Positions 30,301 to 41,800 of a stretch of DNA of 64,000 nucleotides are shown here, piece after piece (position 1 is the stretch's first letter; the number at the start of each line of letters is the position of its first letter). A model generated the notes under the pieces. The model was not told where the DNA came from. It saw nothing but the letters and a program-made list of their open reading frames with translations, and ran no database searches. Source of the stretch: Klebsormidium nitens (Eukaryota; Plantae; Klebsormidiophyceae); assembly GCA_000708835.1 (NCBI GenBank), contig DF237112.1, positions 1 to 64,000 of the forward strand, read 5' to 3'. A program made the translations under genes and the position numbers.

Positions 30301-33300
30301 CTGCGGCGCCATCCCCCTCCCCTGTTGGTTCATCATCTGGGGGGGTCTCGGGCCCCACCCAGACGGCCCCCCGATCGGCGGCCGGATGTTCGCTCCGTTG
30401 AATCCAACGGTCGACATTCCAGGAACCATGGGTCCGGTGGGCTGGGGGGCTGGCTCGTTGCCGCCGAAGTTTGAGACTTGGCCGGAGAAGAACATGTTAT
30501 TGGGGGGGGATCCCTGCATGAAGTGCTGCTCGTCCTGGCCGGGACGCAGGGCGGGGCGGCCGTTGGGGCCGGGCTGCTGCATGGGGGGGCCTGCAAACGA
30601 GCGTAAACCAGTCTCAAACCTGCTCTTCTTAACCTGTTTCAAACCTGTTTCAAACCTGCTGCTTCAAACCAGTTTCACACCTAATTCAGTGGCTAAGAAT
30701 CATCATGTAGCATTTTCTAGGCAATTGTTGAGGATGAGAGAAAGGCAATCTGGACCTACAAGAGCATAGCATATTGTTGGGTGTGATTTGAGGCGGGCAT
30801 ATGGGTGACTACTGGGGGGGGAAATTTTGCACAAGGAACGCTTGAAATTCCACCGTCAGAACTCATATAACTGTTACTCCAAAGACGCGCTAAGTCTCAA
30901 GAGCAGCTGCTGAGGCTCCAGGCTGCCAACAAGAGACGGTTTTTCGCTGATCAAACATAGTTCCTCGCAACGAATTCACACCCTCATCAGCCCACAAGCC
31001 AAACCGCATGCCAACAGTCACAACCACTCCCCAGCTACTTTCCACCACCCACAAGGGAAAAACTTTTCACAGGAGACCAGTCTCACCTGGGGGGCGCAAC
31101 ATCTGCCCACCCGGCTGCTGCATTGGCATCTGGCCCATCATTTGGGGACCCCCCTGGTTCTCCAGCCCGCTTCCGGGGGGCTTATTTTGCTGGGGCACCA
31201 TCCCCCCCGCATGCTGCATGTATGGCCGAGCCACCCCCCCAGGATGTTGGGGTTGCTGCTGGAATTGGAATTGGGGGCCGCCCTGCCCCTGGTTGGGAAC
31301 CCCCTGCTGAGGACCGGCAGGCCGTTGACCGAAGTAGGGGGGTTGCTGCTGGGGGTAGCCTTGCATCGGGTAGTACATCTGTGGGAGAACAGAACAATTG
31401 GCTGTGAGTACCGAATAAAGTACACAACAGTCTTTAATGGATTTGAAGTGGGAAGTTAACAACCTTGGATCTCTTTTATGATGAGGCTTGTGTGGAAGTC
31501 TCAATAAACCAGAGCTCGAAAGGCATGGGAACTGAGAAGCATTGACAGACTGCAAAGTGGAAACTCAACACCGCCAGAATTTTACGTGACTTTGAGAGAA
31601 CCAAGGCAGATGTGACCCGCTTCTACGAGGAAAGGGCAAAGAATCCAGATGGCAGCTGCAATTGCGGCTCCAACCTGGACATGCAACTTCAGCTGCATAA
31701 AGTGATCGCTCTACTGAGTCCACCCGTGGAGTTAGAACCGGAACTGATCAATAGTGGTGATCCAACGGCGAGACAGCTGTCAAACTCTGGACACCTGTAC
31801 AAAAAAAGCACTCACCTGAGGCTGCCCGTGAGTCTGCTGATAAACCATCGGCGGTGGCGGCCTCTGCTGCTGTGGCGGTTGTTGCGGCTGCATCGGCGGG
31901 GAGCTGCGCGTTTGGGGGGCTGCCTGTCCAGCCGTTTGCACCCCCCCGCTGGGCTGCTGCGGCGCGACCGGCGGCTTGCCCTCCTTCTTGTCCTTGCCCT
32001 CTGCCGACGGCGGCTTAACCTCCTCTTTCGTGTTGGGGTTAATGATGCGGATCGCCTTGCTAACCCGGGGTTGTATGGTAAGCGAGGGCGTGGTTTGGCT
32101 GCTGGGCGTCTGCTGCTGTGCCCCATACTGAATCGGTATCTGGCCCATGGGGGAGCTCATATGGCCCTGCCCCATAACCGACTGGCCATAACCGGGCGCC
32201 CCCTGGCCGCCATACTGGTACCCCTGCGGCTGGCGCCCCTGGGGGGGCTGGCTCCCAGCCTGCGAGACCCCCCCTTGCGCGCGCTGCGGATACTGCGCAG
32301 CAGGGGGGCCCTGCGCGCCGTTTGTCGCTGTCTGCGTGCGTGGGGGGTCCGGTCCAGGGCCATAAGCTGCCCCCTGGACGGAGGCTGCGCTGGGGAAGGT
32401 GACTGGGGCGGTGCTTCCGCCTCCCCACCCTGTGGGTGCGATCGCTGCTGAGGGGGGGAGATCTGCCAGCTGCATGTGGGGGGGGGTGGCGGGAGGGGGG
32501 CCGGTGGGCTCGAGAACCGGAGACAGGGGGCTGTCGAGCTTGGACCTTGACGGGGGTGCCGGAGTCTGCTGAGGGGGGTAGAAGACCTGGGCAAAGAAAG
32601 GCTGGAGTCAGGCCCTGAACTCTGAGCTGGTTTGAGACCCAGGTTTCTAAAAGGTGGCCTGCACAGCGCTGAACATGATCTCAACTAGCAAAGAGTACTT
32701 TGAGAAATCCTTGATTCACGGTGACAGGTTGGTGCGTCTCGTACAGAAAGGTCCTAAGACCACTCTAAGACCCTGATCCCTCGGAAATCATCTGGAAAGC
32801 CTTGGTATGGCTCCAGAGTACCAAGAATGGTTCGACTCCATTGTGACTGAAACCCTTCGCCGATACAGCATGCTCTGTGAGCGCAGGAAAGCCCCGGCAA
32901 ACAAACCAAACTTCCGCTTCTGCCGCCACGCACCTGCGGGGGCTGCTGTCCACCTGCGGGCCTCTTCCCAGCATTGGGCTCAAAGCGCGCCTGTATACAG
33001 CAGAGGTAAAGTTGCAATTCCCCCTCAAATGTCCAGCAAGGCTGTCTAGTGTGCTCTACTTGAATGCGATGCCATCCGGCGGCAACTTAAAACCCCCAGG
33101 CAGTTGGTGACATAAGGAGAAGGGCTGAAGATTTGAGGCAAGTAGCTTCTGTGGAGCAATCTGATCACAAGCATGAAAAGCACACCGTTTCCGTTTGCGA
33201 GAAAAGCAGACTACGGAAACAGTTCAAACACAACGACAATCCGATCTGCAAATTAAAAAAAACATAGTATTTGCCTCAAATCCCGCAGCCGAATGCCATA

Positions 33301-36300
33301 CATTTGATTGGCGGTGGTCTACTCCCGGGACCATGAGCCACTGTCAGGCAACACCCCAGCTGCGATTGCTTGCATCACAAGCAGATGCAAAAAGCATCAA
33401 ACTTTAAGGCCATCCTCCGACAATCTGTGAACCCGCACCTTGCTTGGAATCTGTGGCTGGTGTCCCGCCAAGTGCTCCAGATGCTGCCGGTTGCGGTTCT
33501 GCTCCTCGAGGCTGGGGGGCGCTGAGCTGGTGCGAGCAGGGAACTGCGGAAGTTGTGACTGCAAAGGAGAGAAGACCGAGAAAGGCGGTCAGCAAAGCAC
33601 CTTTGTATTCGCGTTCGTCAATTTGAAAATGCGAAGCAACAACCTGTGGTACTTTTGCAGAAGCCTGGTAGGAGCATGTGCAATGAAGATCTTCAAATCT
33701 ACTTGGGCGCACTGGATCAATCGCAGGTGCACCAGTAGTCATTTTTGTGGTTTGACAAGACAATCGCAAGGGGAGAATTATCGTGAGAAGAATTGACTTA
33801 CCGGTAGGCTCCCAAACTGCATCATAGGAGCGGATCCCCCTCCGTCTTTGCCAGCGTTTCCTGCAAGAAAAGAAACCATCTGTCAGATACAAAAAGTGGC
33901 TATGACTTTCTTGCTTGAGCCATCAAGTCAAGGTGCCCAATTTCCTGCATGATGAGCGGAACCTTCAGGCCTGATACATCTGTTGATTTCGCCAAAACCG
34001 GCCCTCAATGTGGCGGCTTTCAGCGTGTCATGTCAGAGCAGACCAAGATTGTAACAAAATACACAATTCCTCATTCTCGTTCCTTGTGGTCGGAGGCACC
34101 CGCAGTAGTGCCACGCGCGACGGGGTTGGCCCTTGCGAGTGCCTCCTGCCGGTCAGAAAACATGTCAGAAGCACTCCCAAAACTTCACACGATGACTTCC
34201 CCAAAATAGTTCCGCAAACTACTCTCCGAAGCACTCCCAGAACTTTACCTAGTAAGTTCCGCTTGGAACTTTCGCCGTTACCCATCAAATCTTTGTCTCA
34301 CCATTTGCTGGGGGCGCCGCACCAGCCGGCTCCTTCCCGCCCTTCTCCGCGCCCGCCTCCTTCTTCTGCCCACCCACAGCCCCTCCCACTGCCGGGGGGG
34401 TCTTTTCAGCAGGGGCCGCAACCCCCTGAGGCCTCGCCGCCTTTGCATAGCTCAACGGCTGCCCTCCGACCGCCACCTTCGCAGGCGCCCCCGCGCCATT
34501 CGCTGCAGGGGCCGGACCACTTGCAGGGGGGACGTTCGTGGGTGTGGAAGGACCCCCTGGAGCGGCGGCGGCGGGTTTCGCTGCCTGGGGGGCCGGCTTG
34601 GGGGGTGCCCCGGGCTTGCCGCCGCCCACGGTGGGCCAGTCTATGTGCGAGTCGGTCGGGGGGGGCGCCGCAGGGGCTGCAAATAACACCAGCTTCCGGT
34701 CAGGTTGGTCAATAGATTTGTTTGAAGAGCTTCCTGATGCCACAAGTAACTGGGAAAGTCAATCGGTCAGAGGGCCAGAGGGACCCAGAGGGACAAGAGG
34801 AAGAGTATTGATTTCGTTATTTCGAGTTTGTGCACGTTGGGAGCATCGGATGCGGATAAAAACGATATGGTCGATGGAAGAGGAGTATCAGCGAAAGGCT
34901 TCCAAACACTTGCCTGCAAACATTTGGTTTGACAGATGAGTGGTTTAAGAAAGATGTTGTATGCTGTGATGTTGTGGGGGCTCTATCAGCAACTTTGGAG
35001 AGGTCCTGGCGAACTAACATGGTCTGAGCAGCTTCAGCAATCAACCGGTGTGCAAAGTTGAATAAGCCCTTCGCTTGTGAGAATGCAACAACCGCCTCTG
35101 GGTTGCAAAAGGCATCCAGCTTCTCTTCACCACTTTCCTTTGTCTAACAAGAGCGGGGATGCTACTTTTTAGTGCTGACCTGGGCAATCTCTGAATCTGG
35201 AACGTTAAGGCTACAGCAATTTGAGACAAGACAGTTGACCACTCTCGAGCCTAGGGTTACTTGAACTGTCCTCCAACTGTCCACCCTGAATTCCGCAAGG
35301 TACTGACCAGAGCTTCCAGGACATGCCTTGGTGATAGCATCTGTTTTGCCAGAAACCCCAAAATCAGTTGCAGGAGTGGCGACGTACCGACTGACTGTCC
35401 GCTGGGCTGATCCTGAAAGCGGCCCTCGCTCGGAGGCCCTCTCCCTCCCGCACCTGGTCCCGGGAAGCGCCTCCCGCTGTTTGATGACTTTGGGTCAAGG
35501 AATGCCACAATACAGGCTTGACGAGACAATGAAGAGCAAAGCAGGTTCTGCAATGCCGTGACGACGGCAAAGGGAAGGAAGTAACAGTGCCGAAAGTGAC
35601 TGAACACAAGAAGTAGCAGCTAATCAAAGTGAGTCTTGTCACATAACCAACTTGAATGCACAGACACTCTCAACGAATTGTGTCGCAAAAAGTTGTATAG
35701 AGGCTGACGGACTCAAAAGTAGCACACAATGCACAAGGGTGACAGGAGCTGCGGTGGAGTTTACGACTCCAATTCGCAAGTTGAGGAGGTATACTTTGTG
35801 CAGAGTCAATGCCACATGGGGACTCCAATCCGTGTGCTTCCTCAACAAACTAGACCACTAGTGTAAGCTGATTGAGAAATGTCAGAAACAAGATCGTCTC
35901 CACAGGTGCTCGTTTTAAGCACAACCCAGCTATTCTCTTTCCCATTTCCACAGAAAGTCTATGCATCGTACTTCCCGTCCAAATTGTTTCGAACAATCCA
36001 AAGCTGCCCAACCAAACGAACATTGCAGCTCCCCAGCAGTGTGAATAGGGCAATTCCGATCAAGCCTAAGCTTCAAAGCTTTAATTTGTCCGCGCAAGAG
36101 CAGGCAATTGCAGCATTGGACTGTGTGCGCCTGGGTTATTTCCTTCTAACCCAACCTGAAAACTGAGACTTGCTAGACATTCTGAAGACAAATTGTCGGA
36201 AAACCTGCACGGCTTCCAAGCCTGCACCTTCACCATCTGAAGCACAATCTGCTCTGTCCGAACGCTACTCAAAAATGAAGCGCCAGTGCAATGACTAAAA

Positions 36301-36943
36301 AAGCGACTATGGCTAGTTCGAGCACTTGAAATTGACCTGAACTGAGGGACACAGGTGCTGTGGCGCAAACCACATAACCAATTGGCAGCTCTCCGAATCT
36401 CCATCAACCAAAACAAATCACCTCTGCGCGCAAAACCTGTCTTCTTCTCATCTATGAATCCGTAAGTCTGAAAGACCCCAACAGGATGAACTAATTGGGA
36501 GCTTCGGGCAACCTCAATGCCCCTCCGGAACCCCTCTCGGAAAGTCAGGAAGGGACCCAATAACCCGCTAGCTTCAGCAAAAAGCGTCCGACAATCAACG
36601 GGGCAACCTAGAGTCCAAACCCTTCTCCGCACCAATTGTGCACTCGTCCCCTGCCCAAGGACAGGCAAACCATTACCACGGCACCAAAATTCAGAAGACC
36701 GACCACAGCCCATGCACAAAAACTCAATCCTCCAACCAAAGTCCAACACATGCGGCTATTCTGTGTGAAAGGATACCCTCTGCTTGGGCCCTGCGCGCCC
36801 CTGCCCGGTGCACCCGGTCCTGCATTTCCGCCATAACCCCGGCCCGCCGCGGGTGCCCCCGACGGCTGCCTTGGGGGGCTCTTTGGGCCTCCCGTCTTTT
36901 TCAGCTGCGCATCCACTCGACCCTGCTGCGAGAGCTGGGACAT
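18341..36943 (-). CDS. eIF4G: Eukaryotic translation initiation factor 4G (plant-type), multi-exon
   Basis: Start MSQLSQQGR at 36943. Plant N-terminal motifs MQFGSLP and PARTSSAPPSLEEQ are present. The eIF4E-binding YxxxxLphi motif (YTRDYLM) is at 27163-27183. MIF4G exons: KRVKGILNKLTPENFE, VFEKALLEP, FRRILLNKCQEEFE, FLGNVRFIGELYK, EEDLEALCKLM, SSRIRF. The C-terminal MA3 domain ends ...LGVLLG* at 18341. Confidence 0.96.
18817..18917. repeat. Perfect 26-bp inverted repeat (49-nt loop) in the last eIF4G intron
   Basis: GCTGGAGGCAGCTCGCACAGAAGGAT (18817-18842) is the exact reverse complement of 18892-18917. Confidence 0.95.
27770..28570 (-). repeat. Coding low-complexity repeat (EAEAKAK / KEEER) within the largest eIF4G exon
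   Basis: Translation shows tandem AKAKAEAE and KKEEERK blocks over ~270 aa with almost no Pro or Gly. Confidence 0.9.
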
Positions 36944-37224
36944 AAGAGGGGGGGGGTGGGGCGGTGGATCCAAGGACCCGATGGTAACTGTCCCCTCCAC
37001 GGGAGAGATCTCTTTGGCTGCCTTGTCCTGGGCGCTGTTCCTGATGGCTGTGTGAGTTGTTGGAAGAGTTTTGCTGCCAACGAAGGCCCAGGATGCCCAG
37101 CTGCTAGCTTGCAGGCTGTGCAAGAGGACAGCTGTTGACAGCTGTCAGGTGGGTTATTTGACTGCCCACTTCGTTCTCAACTTGGATTATAAATTACAAG
37201 ATGCTCACAGTTACCCACCACGCC

Positions 37225-37330
37225 GGGCGTGTAGCTCAGATGGTAGAGCGCTCGATTTGCAACGAGTACGTTATCATGACGTCATTCCCCAGCCTTCGAG
37301 AGGTAAAGGGATCGATACCCTTCTCGTCCA
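37225..37330 (+). tRNA. trnA-UGC: tRNA-Ala(UGC) with a 33-nt intron at position 37/38
   Basis: GGGCGTG acceptor stem, D-arm TAGCTCAGATGGTAGAGC, anticodon stem CTCGA/TCGAG around TT-TGC-A|intron 37262-37294|T, and T-arm AAGGG-ATCGATA-CCCTT (eukaryotic Ala-type loop). It ends CTCGTCCA and is followed by a TTTT Pol III terminator at 37341-37344. Confidence 0.88.
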
Positions 37331-37400
37331 CAACCCGTCCTTTTCCAAGCTTTTGTTGCGACAATTCCAGGACGTTCTGCTCGGTGTAAGTCACCGAGCA

Positions 37401-37452
37401 CTCTTTCACACCTAGATTCGGAGGGGCTGCCGCCCCCCCTAGCCCCCCCGCT
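37401..37452. repeat. Short GC-rich dispersed repeat; second copy, inverted, at 47180-47230
   Basis: The reverse complement (AGCGGGGGGGCT..GGGGGCGGCAGCCCCTCCGAATCTAGGTGTGAAAGA) closely matches 47180-47230 (AGCGGGGGGGCTCGTGGGGGCTGCAGCCCCCCAGATCTTAGGTGTGAAAGA). Confidence 0.75.
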
Positions 37453-37677
37453 CTCTCGCTCTCTCGCTCTCTCGCTCTCTCAGCCGTGAAGGGTCCAGGG
37501 ATCAACACCCTTCTCGTCCACCTTTTTGCTGCGCAAGGTGGTTCTCTGACGTTGTTGTCTCTCTGACGTTGTTGTCTCCACCATCCTTCTTCTTGAGCGA
37601 GCCCAGCATGGTGACTCGTATCTACGAAGTGGTAGAGTACCCGTAGAGGACTGTGAAGAAGCGCTCCTGCGAGAAGA

Positions 37678-38064
37678 ATGGCGCGCCCCCGACGCAAGCC
37701 CCAGCGACATGTGGCGACTGGCCCCCGATTGCAGACGCCCTTCCTCATCCTGTCCCTGCTTTTTGTCGCCTTCTGGACCTTTTCAAGAAGGCCATCAGTG
37801 GAACAGGTCGATGGCCAGAGGCCCAAAGCATTGGTTGAAGTTGGGGAATTGCCGATTGCCACTTCGGAAGTTGAAGACAGCGGGGTGGACCCTCTGTCGA
37901 CGGGGGGAACAAAGGACACAGATAAAGGCACTTCTTTTCAAGCGAACGTTCTTCACAGAGTTGAAGATGATGATGCTGGTGGCGTGGTTGATATCACTCA
38001 GGCTGGGGCGGCAGCATTTGAGCAGTCCAGGCGAGCAAGGGCTTCAAAGAGATCTAAACCGTAG
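37678..38064 (+). CDS. Hypothetical signal-anchor (type II membrane) ORF, possibly an orphan first exon
   Basis: 128 aa with a basic N-terminus followed by a hydrophobic stretch (PFLILSLLFVAFWTF). No downstream exons found. Confidence 0.3.
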   Translation: MARPRRKPQRHVATGPRLQTPFLILSLLFVAFWTFSRRPSVEQVDGQRPKALVEVGELPIATSEVEDSGVDPLSTGGTKDTDKGTSFQANVLHRVEDDDAGGVVDITQAGAAAFEQSRRARASKRSKP

Positions 38065-38898
38065 TGGGGGAGAAATGGCAGCCTGTCAATATGGCTTACT
38101 CTCCTCGTCTTTAAGGCAATCCAGCTCAAGGGATGAAACATCGTAAGGTGTTGCCTTCCGCACTGAACAGTAAGCGGGGGTTAAGGACCTCAGAAAGGCC
38201 ACATGCCCGGACCATGTGGAGCCAGTAAGGTGAGGAATAGCTGCACGATTCAGTGCTTTCTGAAGATTTTATTTCTCATCTGGGACATTACGACAAACAA
38301 CATCGCTACTTCACCATGATTTGGTCAGTACGCCACATTGGCAATGTCTGTTACTTTGTTTCTGGAAATGGTATGTCGTGAAACACCCAAAGAGTTGGTG
38401 GGTAAAGTGCCCATGTCTCCAATCGATGCACAAAGTGACTGGACATCTGGACAACCGCTGTCCAAGAAGTTTGTTCCTGGTGGCAGCCCTCTACATTGGC
38501 CTATCTGGACTAAGTTCAGCCGTCAGAACAGATCATTATCTATATTCAGTGTGCTCTGGGAACCTGAAGAGATTGGTTTTAAGTGTTTGTTCGAAAGATG
38601 CGAAAGAATGCTCGTCACAATCTGCTCTGTTGACAGTTTATAACCGCGTGCTCTAACTTTACCTCCCAAATTACGGAAGCCCCTCCCACTTACATCCACA
38701 GGTCTGTACAATCTCTTTGCAGTTCCACTTCTTGTGGAGCTGAAGATTGTCATGCGACGACACTTTATTATGTAGAGATTCTTTCTATTACCGTCCCGCA
38801 CCGTCCATACTGTGCCCTCACTGTCCCCTCTACCTCTGGTCACCCTTTCCTTCCTTTTGCCCCAACAATCTTGTACCTACTTCTACCGTACCCGCTAT

Positions 38899-41800
38899 TC
38901 ATATCCTCCTCATCTCTCCCTTGCCCTTTCTTTCCTCGCCCCCTTCATCAAAAGGCAGCAAGTGTAGCAGCTTATCTATGCTGTCCTTTGCAAACTTTCT
39001 GGCAAACAGGTAGCATGGCGCAGTGTGGCCGTTCAGAAGGCACGGCTCTGGCTCGTTCCAAAAGAAGTGGACGGGGCGAGGGGAATTAGACGCGGCGCTG
39101 ATGTTGTGAAGTAGCTCGTTGGAGGTTTTGTTGGCGTTGAAAGGGCGGGGGCTGCCACAATTGTCGGGGCAGCCATCGTTCCTCCAGTCCTGTTTGAACA
39201 GAGTAGGCTTTGGGTCAATGGTTTTGCTGTCCAACGGGAATCGTTCATTGGGCGATTGACTGTTGATTGACTTGCAGAGCCACACGTTTGGATCACGTAG
39301 GGCAGCATTTTTCATTTCAGATCTTCTTGTTAAGAGCGTTCGTTGTTTAAGGCTGGGTCGAGGGAAGCTCAGACCCCAGTCAATGTGGATAAGTAAAACT
39401 TTTTGATGTTCACCGGCGCTTGGAGATTGAAAAATGAAACGCCATAAGTGAACGTCACTCACCACATAAGTGAGCGTGCGCTCCTCCAGCCCATGTAAGT
39501 CCAGCAACGGGAGCATCGTGCTGACGTAATGCTCGTCCTGGCAGTTCCACGGCTTCCGCGCAAACGCGTCGTAGAAGCGCTCGTCGTACGCGATCATGGA
39601 GGCGTGCTTCCGTGTAACGGTCATCCACTGGGTCAAAGGTAAGGGCTTTTTCAGCTTTATGGGTCCACGGAAATGATCCAGAACTCGTTGCTAGAGTGGG
39701 CTCCTCGATTTGGGAAAGGCCAGATGATCTAGGATGATCGTTATGCTTTTGATGCAGACGGCACTTTCCAAGTCTCGACGAAAGAAAAGAGCAAACGTTG
39801 GACGATGGAAAGTGCGGACCTTGACTGATGGGCCACACAAAGCCTATCCAAGTGGTTATGCGGTGCTGCTGTCCCTCAATTTCAGATTTTGATGTAGAAG
39901 TTTTTGCAGAAGTGTTCGACTGTGTGCGAGTCACCTGTGAGCCCTTTCTGAAGTCGGCCCGGGAGACCTCCGGTCGCAGGAGCTCCGTCCAGCGGGGCAG
40001 GTGTTGGTCGAGCTCGGGGGGGAGGTAGCGGCTGTCGACGAAGCTTTTTGTTCCTGAGGCAACGAAGAACGAGTTGGTCTTGTTTACATAACCTTATAGA
40101 TGCCTTTTTTAAAAGGGGGACCCGTAGTTGAGGCAATCCGTTACGGGGCCAGGAGCTAGCGGCTCTCGGCAAAGCTCTTTGTCTCTGCTTAGCGAAATTG
40201 ACGTCTGTTCTCTTGTTTGGAGGGGGCGCGCCTTTTACGGCCAGTATTTGGGACATCCAGCTACTGTCGACAGAGTTCCTGGTGCTGGCATGTAGCGTGA
40301 ACTGAGCTTTCTGCATTTGAAATTTCCTCTCCAGAACCTTCAAACCTTCAAACCTTCAAACCTTCAAACCCGGGGGAAAAGGCGTCGTCATTCTATCTCA
40401 GCCAGTGATAGCAATTGATCTTCGGGTTAAGCCCCTTGGTCTTTCCTCTGTAGGTAAGGTAATCGAATTGGTTCTTGACATGACGACCGCCCTGATGTTC
40501 CAGAATGACATCTCCACTGTGTGGGACGCATTCGGTGGTCAGCGAGCACCGCCCGTCAGAAAAGGAAGACTGCGCTCACCAGCAAAGAGGTAGTTGTACG
40601 TGAAGGCGAAGCTGTGGAGCGGGACGCACGAGTCGGACAGCAGGACGAACCACTGGTTGGACGCGTCCTGGAGGGCGCTGCGGTGTACGAATATCGGGTT
40701 CTGGGTCACTTGGTATAAGCGTTTGCACTTTACGGATGTACGGACGTTAGGGTTACGGATGTTGGCCCAGGGTAATCAGCAGACGACCTTACTGTTGTTT
40801 ATCAGCGTTGAGGAAGTGAGGCATTCGACGGTTATAAGAAGGGACGCCCGTCAGATTAGAAACGGCTTGTTTCGAGGTATCAGAGGTGGTTATGGGCCAC
40901 CAAATATTTCTAGAAGATTGATTCACTCCAATGCTCGTTGGGCATAGTTAGCCGGCAGATGGCGCAAAAGGAACGGAGCAACTTTGCCGCATGCGATGGT
41001 TTAAGCTCGCTATTTTCTCTGGTTTTGCCGTTGCTGAACTCACCTCCTCAGGAGCTTCGTCTGCGCATCCACCATCGATATGTGGAAGCGCAGCGAGGGA
41101 GCACTGTTTGGCAGAGTTCGTCCGTAGAAGCAGCTCGCGTTCGTCGTCCTCTCGTTGTATTCGAAGCCAGGTCCCAAATTACTGCAGTGCAAGAAGTGCG
41201 GAGAGTCCATCTTAGCCGGTTATCCATAGATGGTCCACTTTCAGTGAGAAATTGTGTCCGCAAGCTTTTGACAACATTCGTATACGGCAGGACATTTACA
41301 GCCACTCTGGTTCATGCAATCGGTCAAGCGGTTCGGCATGTTGGGAAGTGCATATATATCCTCGTTTTAAAATTAGATTGCCAGCGCCGCGCAGCCTCCG
41401 GTCGATTGCGGACTGCCCCGGCCGCCGTCGGAACCGGCCAAGCCTAATTCAACTTACGCAAATACTCTCCCGACTAACTCTGTACTAAGGCTGCTTCTTC
41501 TCCGTGTGGATCTATCTGGCATACGACGAGAATGGACTCAGCTTCGCAGTTGGTTGTGCCAGCACATATATTGGTATACGGTGTTTGTGTACTGGATGCC
41601 GTCCGACCAACTCAAAAGCAGGCTTGCACTTGTGAGAAATAATCCATATACTAGTATACCTGGCGCGCGTTTATGCCCAACTAAAATATCACTCATGGCA
41701 GCTGCGCAGCCACGTGATCAGACCCGGAAAGCGGAATCCGATTCGATCATGGGCCAGGCTCTAAATCCTGACATAGGTTGGCCTGGAAAGCTTAGGATTC

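Noticed and set aside
29400-37100. Numerous overlapping Pro/Gly/Ala-rich ORFs on both strands
   Set aside because: GC-rich shadows of the eIF4G N-terminal exons.
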